Origin: the human T2T-CHM13v2.0 reference genome, Homo sapiens
Direction: 5' to 3' (one strand)
Length of the DNA: 64,000 nucleotides
Assembly (NCBI RefSeq): GCF_009914755.1
Contig: NC_060939.1
The notes beneath the pieces were generated by a model, which worked only from the letters and a program-made list of their open reading frames with translations, was not told the origin of the DNA and did not search any database. Made by a program: the position numbers and the translations under genes. Every line of letters starts with the position of its first letter. Within the stretch, counting starts at the first letter, position 1. Positions 12,777 through 25,662 of the stretch are shown in pieces.

Positions 12777-15673
12777 TAAGTAACCTGCTTGAGGTCACCC
12801 AGCAGGCTTGGTGACAGAGTGAGGTTTGGGCAGCTCTGGGTGACTCCCAGCTGCCAGGCCACCTCTGATGAGATCACAGCTGCTCCCCAGGCACGGGGCT
12901 TTTCGTTTTCTCTCTGCCTCTACTAACCCTACTCCATCCTCTTGCTCTGAACAGAAGCAACGACTCCCTCTGTGCTCCCTTTGACCTCTGCTGCCCCAGG
13001 CTCAGTTCAGGCTGGGCTGGGCTGGGGCCTTCCTGCTGGTTGGCCAGCAGTTTCCATGGCCACCCTTCCGTGGTATTTGGATGTATGACCCTCTTTCCTT
13101 CTTTCACACCTGTCCTTCTCGACTTCCCATATTCTCAGTAACCTCTTGGAGCAGCCGTGTTTCTTTTCTCCCTACTTCTCCCATTTCTTTTTACTGGGAC
13201 TATAAACTGGGGTATAACTACACTTTCTTAATGAAAGTCTCCCCCCGACCACCGCTTTCTTCTTAAAACTCTTGTCTGAGACTTCCTATCACACCTACTA
13301 TCTGGTCTCCAAGTTTGCAAATTCTTCTGCCTGCAAAACCCAGTACAAAAGCAATAGTATTTATGAATTGCTTAATTGTCAGTGTTGAGATGGAAAGCTT
13401 CAAGACACTGCCACTGAATATGGGGAAAGACAGAGACCTGGGATTTGGGGTGGTCCTAACTCCAGCTGTGTGGCACCACGCCCTGTCCTATCTTCAGCCC
13501 CTCAGCTTCTCAATCTGCAGAATCACAGCCTGGCTGCCCCAGGAGATCTCCAACCTCCAGAGTCCTGTTTCCAGGGATCCGGTGAATAGATACTGGCTCT
13601 GTAACTAACCAGCCTTGCCCACACCTGATTGTGGGGAGCCATTCTGAGGCCTCATCTGTAACACTTCTGCAGTCCCCAAGTTAAAATGTGGCCAAGCACG
13701 TAGGAAATGTCATTTGAAGAGTGACATTTCTTATGTTTTGATGTCACCATGAAATTCAGTAATAATGCCCAACAATACTATAGTATACCTGAAACCATAC
13801 CTTAGAAACATTCAGCAACCGCCTGAGGTTTGAAAGCAGCTTTTGGGTATGCATACACAAGACACACCAGGTTCCCGTAAAAGAGAACAGACCACACAGC
13901 GCTTATGTCTCCCCATTCCGGTAAGTTCTTGGGAGAAGAACTGTCTTGGAACCATTTATCCACCAAATGGCAACTGTCTGAACCGACAGTGAGTCTGTCT
14001 CTCTCTCAACCAACAGAAGGCTGGAGTATTTGGATTAATGAATAATTTAGTGCCAAGCACAAATACCATAGACATTTAGCAATAAGAACAGATAACCAAG
14101 TTGTTCATCAAATTCAAAACTGTTTAGAATGGCTAAGCAAAGCTGAAATAGAGACAATCCCCAGCTGATGGGAGGTGGGGAAAAGTGCCAATCCAGAAAG
14201 AAGAACAAATGTGTCACCTTATGTGACATTCACTTCCACCATTGTTTTTCTTTCTTAAATTTGTCAAGGCTAAGGGAATTTCTTCACTTTTATATTACAG
14301 AGGCAATATAGCATGCTGGGCTAAGAACATGCAGTCCGAACACAGACTCTCTAGAGCTCAGTTATTTCATCCGTAAGATAGGGATATATTTGCAGATCTA
14401 TCAAAAGATTGTTGTGAGGATTAAATGAGTCAATACAATCATAACCACTTAGAACAGATGCCTGGCATAGAGTAAGTCTTGATAAGTAGTTGCCAATATT
14501 CATTTTATATCATGGACAGGAACTATTGTTTGGACTACAATAGTGCCTACTATGTGCCAGATTCAGCTACAGCCTTTGTATGTACAGGATCTTGGGAGAG
14601 CTCTGCAGAGTTCTGCAAGGACTCACGGATAACCTTGACTTCTAGGTGGGTTTTAAGTTCATTTTCAGTTATACTTGAGGCCTGATGGGCACCTACTAGA
14701 AAAAACTCCCCCATGTAACCAGCGTCGTCATCTTAACTATGCCACGGGCACAGCCATTTCCATTTCACAAACGAGACAGACTCATTTCTAAGTCTTGTCT
14801 AAGGACCATAAATACAAGCAGCCGTGCAGAGGCTCAAACCCAGGTCTTGAGATGCCAAGTGCAGTGTTTTTCCCACCAAACTACAGCTGCTTCTCATCTT
14901 CACCCATGGTTTATTTATTTCTGTCAGTCCAATAATATGCCCCACATGTAGAATGACGGCTCATGCATTAGAAAGGGGAATATGTTTAGAGATATACTGT
15001 TTTCCAGACATTAACAAAAAATATAAAAACGTTTTAAGAAGAGAAAAATTTCCGTGAACAATCTCCCCCATCCATCCTAGAGACCAAAGAAATTGAAATA
15101 ATTAGATTATGGAATTGTTTGTCTTTCTTTTGGATGGTAAGTGACATTCTGTAGATCACGTATTCATAGAGTACTTAGCCTTCGAATGTGAGTTAAATAG
15201 ATTTACTTAAACAACAGGAAGATATTTAGGTAAACCTATCCACAGTATCAGTTCATTGGAGTTCTTTCAGTCCACAAGCCTCTCACAGCACATCTCAAGT
15301 TTTAAGCCAGATGGGCTTCAGCCTTTAGAGACTGGTCACTGACCCAGAAAGGGAGGGCCTGTGCGCCATCTTGGCTTGGGTTTGCCTTGCTCTTGTTGAC
15401 TCCCGGCCGAGGCTCAGAGGGCCAGTATGTTCTCCACCAGGCCTGAAGTCAGGAGACCCTGCCAACAGCATCCATTTACTCATGAAGAAATCAGACACCT
15501 GGAGCTTAGGTATCTACTTGCTCAAAATGCTCCTTATCAGAGAAAAATAACAGCAATGTAAAACTCTCATAGCATGGAAGAAGGTGACATGTAGCTTTTT
15601 TTGTCATATGATCTTGGGATACCCAAAGACTCTACAAAACCAAAACCAAGTGTTTCAGGAAAGCAAGAGAAGC

Positions 15674-15972
<299 letters not shown>

Positions 15973-16194
15973 AAGAGAAGCATTTTGAAATCAGTATTCT
16001 GAAATCTGAATGTCAGACTATTTTAGTTGCACTGACTGATATACAACAAAATAAATTAAACTCACAGGAGCCTCATGTTCAGAGGCAAAAATGACCTGCC
16101 CAAATTCAGCAGTGAGGGGTTATTAGCAGGGCTGGACCTGTGAGGGAATGCCATCATGAACTTCGTAACGTCTACAGGTGAGCCCAGCCTCTAA

Positions 16195-16238
16195 GCTTTG
16201 CTTCTCTTTTTGCTTTGCTTCTCTTTTTGCTTTGCTTC
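16195..16238. repeat. 17-bp tandem repeat GCTTTGCTTCTCTTTTT x ~2.6
   Basis: Read directly from the sequence. Confidence 0.85.
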
Positions 16239-16802
16239 CCTTGTATCAATAAATGGGAGCCCACCTAGGAAAATGCAATTGCACAAAAGAATCTATTTAT
16301 TATTTATACTTTACCTCTTTCCATAAAGGATATTAAACTAAAATGTAAATGAAAGCACATTAGACACCAAAACTTCCAAACAAATGTTAATTATTATTTT
16401 CAAGGTACTAATTATTTTGAGGAAACCCTGTAACTTTTTACGATTCTATGAATGAAATGGGCATTTTTGTGTGCTCTGACAACCAGAAAAAAACCTGCGT
16501 GGAAGAAGAGAGAGTTCCGTGGCTATGTTCCTGTAAGGGGAATCTATTCTTCAGGCTGCCACTGTCAGAGCTGAAAATGCACACTGGCAACACATTTCTA
16601 AGTCACTGAGAGGAACCCAGCATTTGCCCAGGAGACGTTTTTGAGCAAGCCTCTTTTGGATGAGCATTTGAACGGGCAGAATGGTATTCCGGCAAGGCAT
16701 TCATCAGCAAGGTCTTCTATTCTTACAAGCTTATAAGTGGGTCAGACTTTGATAGAGAGAACCAAACTTTGTGAAAGCACCTCAAACGATCAGATGTCAA
16801 GG

Positions 16803-17116
16803 TTTTTTTGTTTTTTTGTTTTTTGTTTTTTTTTGAGATGGAGTCTGGCTGTGTTGCCCAGGCTGGAGTGCAGTGGTGTGATCTTGGTTCACGGCAACCT
16901 CCGCCTCCTGGGTTCAAGCGACTCTCCTCTCTCAGCCACCGGAGTAGCTGGGACTACAGTCATGTGCCGCCACACCCGGCCAGTTTTTACACTTCTAGTA
17001 GAGACGGCGTTTCACCATGTTGACCAGGCTGGTCTCGAACCCCTGACCTCAAGTGATCTGCCCGCCTTGGCCTCCCAAAGTGCTGGGATTACAGGAGTGA
17101 ACCACCGTGCCTGGCT
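16803..17116 (-). mobile_element. Alu
   Basis: Full dimer with T-rich tail. Confidence 0.95.
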
Positions 17117-20100
17117 ATCTCAGGGTTTTTGAATAGACAATCTGGAGAGGAGAGACACATCATGGTGCAGATCAGTTGAGAAAAGTATAAAAGTCTAATA
17201 GGGGAGTGAATCCTAAAGAAGAGTATGCACTGTGGCTGACAATACTAGTAATGTGAGGGATGTGTAGGGGCCTTCAGGGGTAGGTATATGTACGTTGCAT
17301 GCTTCCACCTAATCTTGTTTAAAGACATCAAGGAGAAAATTCTTCAAAATACCTACAAAGGATAAAAATGGGTTGCATCCATCTTCAAGAAGAAATGTAC
17401 ACTAAGAATAAAATAATGTTATCAAAACTCTTACTGAGAAATTAGGCAGAATATCTCTGTTTCACAAGGACAGAAGAATGGAATATTACCAGGAAACAGA
17501 GCAAACTGTTCCTGTCAGCCAGGGTGAGCTGCTCCAAAGACCCTGATCTTAGAGTCCATGAAGATGAAAAAATGAAATATAAGGAGAAGCCACAACAGAC
17601 GGTAACTACTAAAATGTCCTGCCAAGACAGAAGTCAATGAGTTTTGGGGCGTTTTTACTCATACCCGCTGATCTCTGTTTTGGCCCACAGAGGACACAGA
17701 ACCTATGGGAATTGGCCTCCTTTGACCAGATAGTTGACAGAGTCTTTAAACCTTCTGCCTAATTTTCAGGCTCTGGGAAATCCAGTATTTTGCTTTCTGA
17801 AAGTTCTTCACCTCATAGCACTGCTTTAAACAAGCAACTGAAAAATGAGAAAAGTAAATCCAACCAGCAATTCTGTAGTCACTCTCTGCATAAACTGTTT
17901 GCTACACTTCCATTATTTACTGTGGTAATCTGGATATAATCATTTCGTAAGTTGGGTAGGTACATAGTACATTTTTATGTTAGTCAGTTACCAGTGACTT
18001 AAAACTTTTTATATGAGGTTATAAAAGACATTTGCATTTATTTTGTCAATTTCTGCCCTACTTTTAAAATTCCTTCTTCTTCCTGCCCTAAGAATTGTAA
18101 AGTTTCACACCTCACTAGGCATTCTTGCCTCCTGACCCCCGGGTTCTAACATGATACAGCACTTCTACTCACAGGACGGACCTGGCTAAGAAACTGGGTA
18201 TCCTTTCAATAGAGTTCATTTGTTCATCTGTCACCAAGGAAACTGACTTCTGCCTGGCCTTGTATGCATACTTGGGTAAGGCAATCCTTAATTTTTTCCA
18301 CTGCCCTATTCATTGCTCCTTTATAGCTCTGTTGCTAAGAGAAGAGAGGCTGAAACTGAGCAGTCATTTGCTCAAAATAAGAAAAAGAGGAGCCTGTCTT
18401 TTGGATAGGCTGGATACCAAACAGGTGGGGAAACCTGGAGCTTCCCTTCTTCAGGTTAAATTTATGTTCAGTTAAGTTTGTGGAATGGCTACATAATGGA
18501 AGCAAAGCCATTCCCTAAAAGAGCCACAGGAACACCACAGACACTTAAAAGTTAACTAAACTTACCTTTGGGATGTTATAAGTCAAGTTCTAGAATAATT
18601 ACCTGTAAGGAGTAGTGTCATTTCGTTTCACAGAACTAACAGATTCCAATTTGCCTGCGCTGCTTTCAGATAATCCTTCTATGTTTTTGCTCAATTGCAC
18701 TTGGATACTTCCTGCCTCTTTCCCTGGATGGCAGGCTTCTTGATGGATCGGTGACCGTGCCTTCTTTCATGTCTATACTGCATGCTTCAAGGCAGGAACA
18801 AATTTTGCAACCATACTTGGTAAAAACAAGCGCTAGAACTTAATTCATTTGGTAGCAAGGTTGTAGGGGGAAAAACGCACTTTAGACTCACAGAACACTG
18901 GCCATATCCCTTCTGCTTTCTGGCCATCAGTTTCTTCTGAGAAACTGAAAATACCAGCACCCATTCCTGCCTGCTTCCTGGGAGCAGCAAGCATCCCTGG
19001 AAGAATGGCTGAAAAACTCCCTGTCCCAGTGTCAGGGATGCTCAGTCCCTATTTATTTCATTTTGCAACTGCTCGTCTAAGAATTCTTGGGCTTGGCTTC
19101 TCACAGGGCTGCTGAAGAGCAAGGGATTGTATTAAAAAGGAGATTCTTGTGCCTTTATTGTCTATTATTACATACACTGGGAAGCAGCAAGTTATTCCTT
19201 GGAGGAGGTTTGTAAAAAGAGAAAGCAGGCAGAGGTTTCTTAGCAAAAGTCAAAGGTGCCCTCCTTGAATGAGATGCCAAGCTATTCTAAGACCTCGTCT
19301 GTCACAAGTCTCATGATGACATAAATACCTACCAATGGAGACACAGTTTGAGACAGCATGACGGGGCAGACCAGCCACCCACCATTTCATATGTCTATTG
19401 GAGAATGTAAGCAACTGTCTGACACCTGGGAGGGAAATAATGGAAGCAGGGTACTTGAAAAAAGGAGGCTAAGACCTCTTTCACTACCAGCACAGCCCAG
19501 AGAGTCTCAAGGGGGTACTACAGTAGACCACTACACTGCTCTACAAGGGGCCAGGGTGCCCTTCAGAACCGGGTGAGCCCAGCTCACTGCTAATATATTA
19601 TCTGGCCTGGAAGGTGGCAGCAAAAACCAGCCACAGAGAACGTGGAGCCCGCCTGGATGTGTGGGTGCCCCACCCAGAGCCTTTGTCTGCAGAACTTGCC
19701 ATCCAGCCACGTCTGCCCCAGTTGTTAATTGGAGATCATGTCCCTGTAAAGGGGGCTTGCTTGTCACTTGCTGTGGTAACAGCAAGAAACCCCTTCTTTG
19801 TATGTGCAAAAAAAAAAAAAAAAAAAAAAAACCACAAAACCCAGTTTGGGTACACTATTCTGTTCCTGCACAAATGGGCAGGAGGCCCTCTCCCAGTTCT
19901 CCTCCTGTTGCCCTTCGGAGCACAGTTACTCTCTTTTCTAGGGGTCATGGCTCAAAATCCACCCAAGAAATCACCCGTTTGTGATGCACAGGAGAAGACA
20001 GAGGTTTGTGCATTGGTTTTCAAGATCTCTGCACCAGATACCTGCGGAAGGGGCATCTTCTTACAGCAGTTAACATTTTATATTACGTTTTTGCTGGAAG

Positions 20101-20364
20101 AGTCTAAAACCAAACAGAGAAGGTGATGGAGCTCCTTTAGGTGACAGCATGCCACTCAACACGACCCGCAATTTCGTCCCCTGAGCTCAATGTGCTGAGC
20201 ATGGGAGGTCGGGGTTCTCCCTGGTACCGTCGATACTCAGAGAGCTTCTGTAGCCTCCTTCCTGGAGGCGAGGGCTGGTTCCCGCCTCTCCACCTTGTGC
20301 GGGAGACTACTTTGAGAACACCCAACAACTTCGCAGCCTAAGAGGAATGCACAGCTCACCACTT

Positions 20365-20378
20365 CCGCTAGATGGCGC
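20365..20378 (+). promoter_or_regulatory. Candidate CTCF binding site
   Basis: CCGCTAGATGGCGC matches the CTCF core CCRSYAGRKGGCRS, at the edge of the promoter CpG island. Confidence 0.65.
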
Positions 20379-21265
20379 TACTTCCCCTACTCCGCCCGCG
20401 AGACACCCAATTTATAAAATAAATACAACCCAACACCTCCCAAAACCACACCACATAATAGCAGCTCACAGGCTCCCATTAGAAATCTCAATTTGGGAGA
20501 ACTGATTCTACCTCCGTGCAAGTCTAATACAATTACATTAATAAGACGCAATCCCGAATTGCACCCGAGCGTCCCCCACACCCGCCCTCCCATTGAATAC
20601 ACCTGTCCCCCATGCCCGGGCTTGTACCCTGGGTTGAGCTGCGGCGCGAGCCGGCGCTGAATCGTCGCCGTGCCCACCCGTCCACTTAGGAACGCCGGGG
20701 CGGCTTGGCAATGGGCATCCTCGGCCCTCAATCCAAGGTCCGCACCTTCCCGTACGCCGGCGCGCCGAGGCAAAGGGCCGCCGGGACGCGAGCCCACGCG
20801 GTGCACTGCGCCGACATCCCCGAGGGCAGGAGCTGGCCAGGCAGCTCCGCAGCCGGGCGTCGAGCGGGAGGCGGGGGCCCGGGCGGCGCGGGCCAATGGG
20901 GGTTCACGGCGGGACAGTCGGGTGGCCGGCTCCGTCCGGGGCTCCGCGAGCCGGGCTGAGGGAAGGAGCTCCCAGCCCGCACACGGTGTAAGGGACGTGT
21001 GCCGGGTCTGCCCAACCACGCGCGCTGGCGGCTGCCCGGGGGAGAGTATTTTAGGAAAAAAGAACAAACACCAAACCACAAAAACTTTCCTGCTGCCAAC
21101 AGCTAAAGCGATAGAGGCGCAGCAAAGCTCCAAATGTGGGCAAGATGGGAGCAAGATGAGACGCGGGGCTAAGGAAGACCAAAGCAGCGCCGTGGCCCCG
21201 GCATGTGTCGGCGGCGCCTCGGAGATGTCAGAGCCGGGTCCGCCCGGCTCCCGACCCGCGCTTAC

Positions 21266-21279
21266 CTTGGCGGCTGCAT
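21266..21279 (-). CDS. RGMA: RGMA distal first coding exon (M-Q-P-P-R, phase 2)
   Basis: Minus strand ATG CAG CCG CCA AG|GTAAGC with canonical donor. Joins exon 2 (G GAG AGG CTA) to give [20 protein letters not shown], the known RGMA N-terminus. Confidence 0.95.
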
Positions 21280-21412
21280 GAGCCCCTGCGGCCCGCGGGG
21301 GGTGGCGCTGGCGGGGCTGCGGGAGAAGAGGGGGTGTCGGGGCGCCGCTCGTCTGCCCCGGGGCAAGGTGGGAGGGGCTCCGCTGGCGCTGGTCCCCGCC
21401 GCCCCGGCCGGC

Positions 21413-21454
21413 TCAGCAGCGGCCCGGGGAGCGCCTCCTGCTCCCGGGCTGCAT
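21413..21454 (-). other. uORF MQPGSRRRSPGRC* in the predicted RGMA exon-1 5'UTR
   Basis: GGC ATG CAG CCC ... TGC TGA, out of frame with the main ATG and ending 133 nt before it. Requires a TSS upstream of 21454. Confidence 0.55.
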
Positions 21455-22817
21455 GCCTGCGAGCGCCTGGCGGAGCCGGCCCGGGAGCGAACGGCCAGTG
21501 CTTCCCCGGCCCAGCGGCTCGGGCGGCGCAGCCAGCGCTCGGGAGACAACTGCAGAGTGGGGCGGCCGGGACCAGCCCCCTCCCTCGCCCGGCCCCCGCC
21601 CGCCGCCGAGCGCGGCGTCGCGAGGTTCGTTTGCGCGCCGAGGGGAGGGGGCGGGCCGGCAGGGAGGGGCGGGGAGGAGCGGGGTGCGGGCTCGCGTTGC
21701 CCCGCCCCGCCGCGGCCCCACCCTCCCGCATCAGCACCGGCTGGGTGGGTGCGGAGTGCGCCAGCGGCCAAGTCAAGACTCCTTGAATGCTCAGGTTAGG
21801 GGGCGCGGGCGGCAAGTGCGGCGACTCCCCGGGGCGCCTCCAACTTTCCGAATCGCCCGCAGGGTTGCGGTGGAGCGCACGGTGTCCTTCAGTTAGGCGG
21901 TGGTCGAGGGGAGTTCCTCTGAGATTTCTGGAGAAGGCGGTTACATCCAAGACAAATGCTGTTGCGCTCTGCGGAGACGCACCTTTGTTCTATAGAGATT
22001 TTGTTGTTGTTTAAGAATCTTCCTGAAAAAACTAATACATATGTATTACATGCTAACACACGCATACATTCTTGCGTAGAATTGTACATAACTCAGGAGT
22101 GTCTAGAGTGAAAAGACCGTATCGCACTCCCTCCCACGGCCGCGGCTCCCCCGCGGTAACCTTCGGTCAGGGTGTGCTCTGCCGCGGTTCTTTCCAGTCT
22201 CTGCGCTTTTACATGCACACGCACAGATTGCGAGTGGAATCTCCTGGGCTTTTCAAAAGAATGTTTTCAACATTAAGCGCATGCACACAGTGGCTTGAAC
22301 ACGGCCACGTCGGGAGCAGTAAATCCCCAGAGGCTCCGGGAGCCCAGGGAAGGACCCTTGCTGTGAAACAGCAAAGAGCCACCCAATCGCCATGTGTGGA
22401 TCTGAAACCCCAGCTGGAGCGTGAAGTCGGTCTGGTTACACAGCTCAGGCCCAAATTAGCACTGCACGGTTAGAGAGATTTGCCAGTACATTCTAGACAG
22501 GGTTATGACCTTCCCCTTCTTACAGAACAAACTGTCTTGAATTTTGATATGATGAGAACTCTGGATTTGCAAAATGAAAAGGTATCGTCCGCATTAAAAC
22601 ACGATCGTTATTTATGCGTGTGGTCTTCAGAGATGTGGTTTTAACTCAATATTCTCCGTTTTATTTGTCAAGTGTATTTGTATAATCTATAGCTGGGATA
22701 TAAATAAAATTAAGTGGTTTAGCAGGAAGGGATTGGGGATGGGTTTCTAGAATTAGCTCTGACCTTCGGCAAGTCATCTAGCTCTGCTGGGCCTCAGTTT
22801 CCTCATCTATGAATAGT

Positions 22818-22820
<3 letters not shown>

Positions 22821-22856
<36 letters not shown>
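22821..22856. repeat. (GT)18 microsatellite at the end of a MIR
   Basis: Perfect GT repeat after the MIR core CCTCAGTTTCCTCATCT. Confidence 0.95.
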
Positions 22857-22858
<2 letters not shown>

Positions 22859-24699
22859 TCTTCCTGCCCTGACATTCTGTGCCCTGACATTCAGTGAATA
22901 ACCAATTTCTTCATCTTTCATAGCTCAGCTCCAACATCTTCCCCACCCTCTAGGGAGTCCTCACATCCGTGCCTTTCCTTCCTAACACTGAGCTCACTCG
23001 GTAATTAGGCGCTCATTAGAGTGACCTTTCCCTACATGTTGGCCTCTCCCACCGTACCATAAGCATCATGAGGGCAGGAACCAGGACTCCTTGGAGTCAT
23101 CATTGCATTCCTAGCACTTAATATGGTGCCTGGCACACTACAAGAATCTCTGAATGACTGTCACGCAGATAGTAGATTTCTTACTGTTCTTCCAAATTGC
23201 CTGGCATTTTTAAAAGGTCTGTAAGTGGAAACGTGTCTTTTTAAAATGAGGCCTTTGGAAAGTAACCAGCAGGGTTTTCCCATGGTGGGGGACAAACAAT
23301 CCACTGTCTAGATAAGGACAGACAATTCTCAGCTCAATCAAGGGCCGTGGAGGTAGCCGGTAACTATTTACCTTGATGAGTGCAGGCACCCGTGGAGAAG
23401 ACAACGAATATTAATGCTACTCGTTAAGTACTTGGTTAAGTTAGAACCCTGCATAGGCAGTTGGAATACACAGAGTGCTCAGATTTAAATGAAGCCGTGA
23501 AGTGTGTTTAGGGTGCAAATTAAGAAATGGACATGCTTTCAACCAACAATCTAGAAACATTCCTAATATAAAGCTCCAGGGTATCCTTGGCTTTCTTTAC
23601 TGCAAAGGGCCTGGATTCCTTAATATGAACAGGAAACAGGCTAACCTAGGTACAAGAGTTTAAAAAAAAGAAAAAAGGCCATTAAGAAACAAGGGGCGGG
23701 GTAAGTGAAAGTCTAAGTCAGTACAAGACTAATATCTATATTAGTTTCTTTTTTGTCTGATATGTAGATTTGCCAAGGGAGAGGTTAAAATCCGGCGTCA
23801 CATTTATAGAGGAAAACTGGGGTTTCCACCCCTTCTTGGCCACTCTTCCTTTTCTTCCCTTTTGTGAGAGGGGATACATGCTTGCTGGGCGGTCGCCAGA
23901 TCCACCTGGATGCCACCTGGTGTGAGAAAGCTCTCCTGGGATGCACCACACCCGGCGCAGGGAAAGCCTGTGCTACTGGGGTGTGGAGCAATTTGCTGTC
24001 TCTCTGTTGCCAGTGAGGGGTGGTGCCTACTGGGCAAGAGTGCGTCCTCGGAGCGTGGATTCATAGTGAAATTGACCAAGCAATGTGACAGTGAATTGGC
24101 CTTACTTTACTCAGGGTTGCCACTGGGGGCCATCCCTTTGGATTGGGTGCCCTGCCTATTACATTTTTCTAGAAAAATTCAGGTTCAAAAGTAAAAGGCA
24201 CCTTAAAGAAAGAGCAAGTCAGCAACTGTCCTCGGAACCTACTGAGGAAGGACTGACTGACTCCCACCCTTGGCTTTAGTGAGCCAAGAACCGGCAGTAG
24301 GTGCTAGGACTTACTTGTTCTGCACAGACCAGAAGAAGCTGTGTTTCCTTCCAGCAGGGATGCCTCCCAGAGGCATTTGTGGCAAGCACTTCCTCCATGT
24401 CACGCACTGGGCTCGACGCTGCCGAGGGTGCTGACCTGAGGCACACAGCCCCTGTCCTTAGACGCTTGCAGTCTAGTGGGAGAAAGAAGGAGTAAATAGG
24501 CCTCGGTGGCTAGGGTTGAGGGGGCATTGCATAGCAGCTCCATTATCTGTCCTCATCAGCAACCCTCCGCGTAGAATTCTAATAAAACACAGCACTTGTG
24601 CAAATGCTACCTAAGGCCAGTCTCTGGCCTTTTCTTCCAGTCAGACTGCAGCTCAGAGGGTCCCAGAGACACTCTGGAGTTGACGCTGCAAGGTAGAAG

Positions 24700-24992
24700 C
24701 AAAGAAGAGACAAACGAAATCTAATGTGATGGGATTTAGGAGACGGATGGGATTATTTCTAGTTGGAAGGACTAGGAAAGTCTTTATGGACGAGGTGTCA
24801 CTTGAGATGATCACTGATGGCCCATCTGATGGATCTGATTGTAGTGCGTGCTTGATAGGGAAGGAGGGAGAGCATCCTAGGCAGGGGAGTCACTTGCATA
24901 GGGGCACAGAGGTGGCAAAAGTTGGGCAAATTCAATAGGGAGTGTTGAGTCTGGTTGGAATGTGTGCACTGGAGAGATGAGGGAGGACAGGG
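24700..24992 (+). mobile_element. L2 fragment, continuing at ~32951-33100 beyond the provirus
   Basis: L2-like motifs (GGAAAGTCTTTATGGACGAGGTG...GAGATGAGG; GGGAGCCACTGAAGGTT) flank both LTRs. Strand tentative. Confidence 0.55.
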
Positions 24993-25272
24993 TGTTGTGA
25001 TTCTTATGGTTATGGGTTCTTTCTAATTTGGTCTTGAGGTCTGTCAAGAGTGGCCATAAGCCAAGACAGCCACTCTAGGAGAGCCCTGATTGGGAAAAGT
25101 TAGGTTTGGGTGTGTGGTTCAGGTGAGACGCAATGAGGAGGTGAATGTAAAATGCATGAAATAGAAGAAATATGTTACTTACAGATCCAGGAGAGGTTAG
25201 CGGTGCCAACGGGAGGCTGAAGAGGAAGTCTAGAGATTGCAGGGAGCTCAAACAGCTGGGAGAGGAGGGAAT

Positions 25273-25305
<33 letters not shown>

Positions 25306-25662
25306 GGAGAGATAGAGAGAACCTGCTGGCTGTGCCTTTATTAAGTTCTATGGGCATTATCCCTTAGGCTTTCCTGAGGGGGTTGTGGATTGGCTAGTTT
25401 TAAAAAAATGTGTGAAGGGGGCAACTTATTAGCATGACTCTGGCGTTGGCCATTAGGTTTTATTGTGAGCAGCAGCTGTGGGAGGTGTTGGGTTCTGGAT
25501 TAATGAGATGAGGAACACACTGGCCATGTCACACACAGCCACACGAGGAGGAAACGTTTCCTCTAGGCCAAAGGTGGCGGGGTATGGCTGGGTTTCCAAC
25601 AGCGTATGTCAGCCCTAAAAATGGGTGCTTGAGGCAGCACGTAGATTAAACGAATGTATGAC
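24993..25662 (-). mobile_element. 3' LTR of the provirus
   Basis: Starts TGTTGTGATT on plus. 70/84 identity to the 32-kb LTR in one hand-aligned block. Minus-strand AATAAA at 25337-25342, internal (GA)/(GACA) repeat, PPT GAGAGGAAGA at 25663-25672. Confidence 0.88.

Larger units (their letters stand above)
20550..22350. promoter_or_regulatory. RGMA: CpG-island promoter of RGMA distal exon 1
   Basis: Very high GC/CpG. Multiple GGGCGG boxes at 21560-21720 and a minus-strand initiator match CCACTCT at 21560-21554, ~280 nt upstream of the ATG. Confidence 0.9.

Noticed and set aside
21790-21800. Plus-strand CAG|GTTAGG donor for a divergent lncRNA
   Set aside because: Weak donor with no identifiable partner exon from sequence alone.
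20387-21950. Multiple overlapping 150-255 aa ORFs on both strands
   Set aside because: Low-complexity Ala/Arg/Gly/Pro translations expected from very GC-rich promoter DNA, with no domain features.
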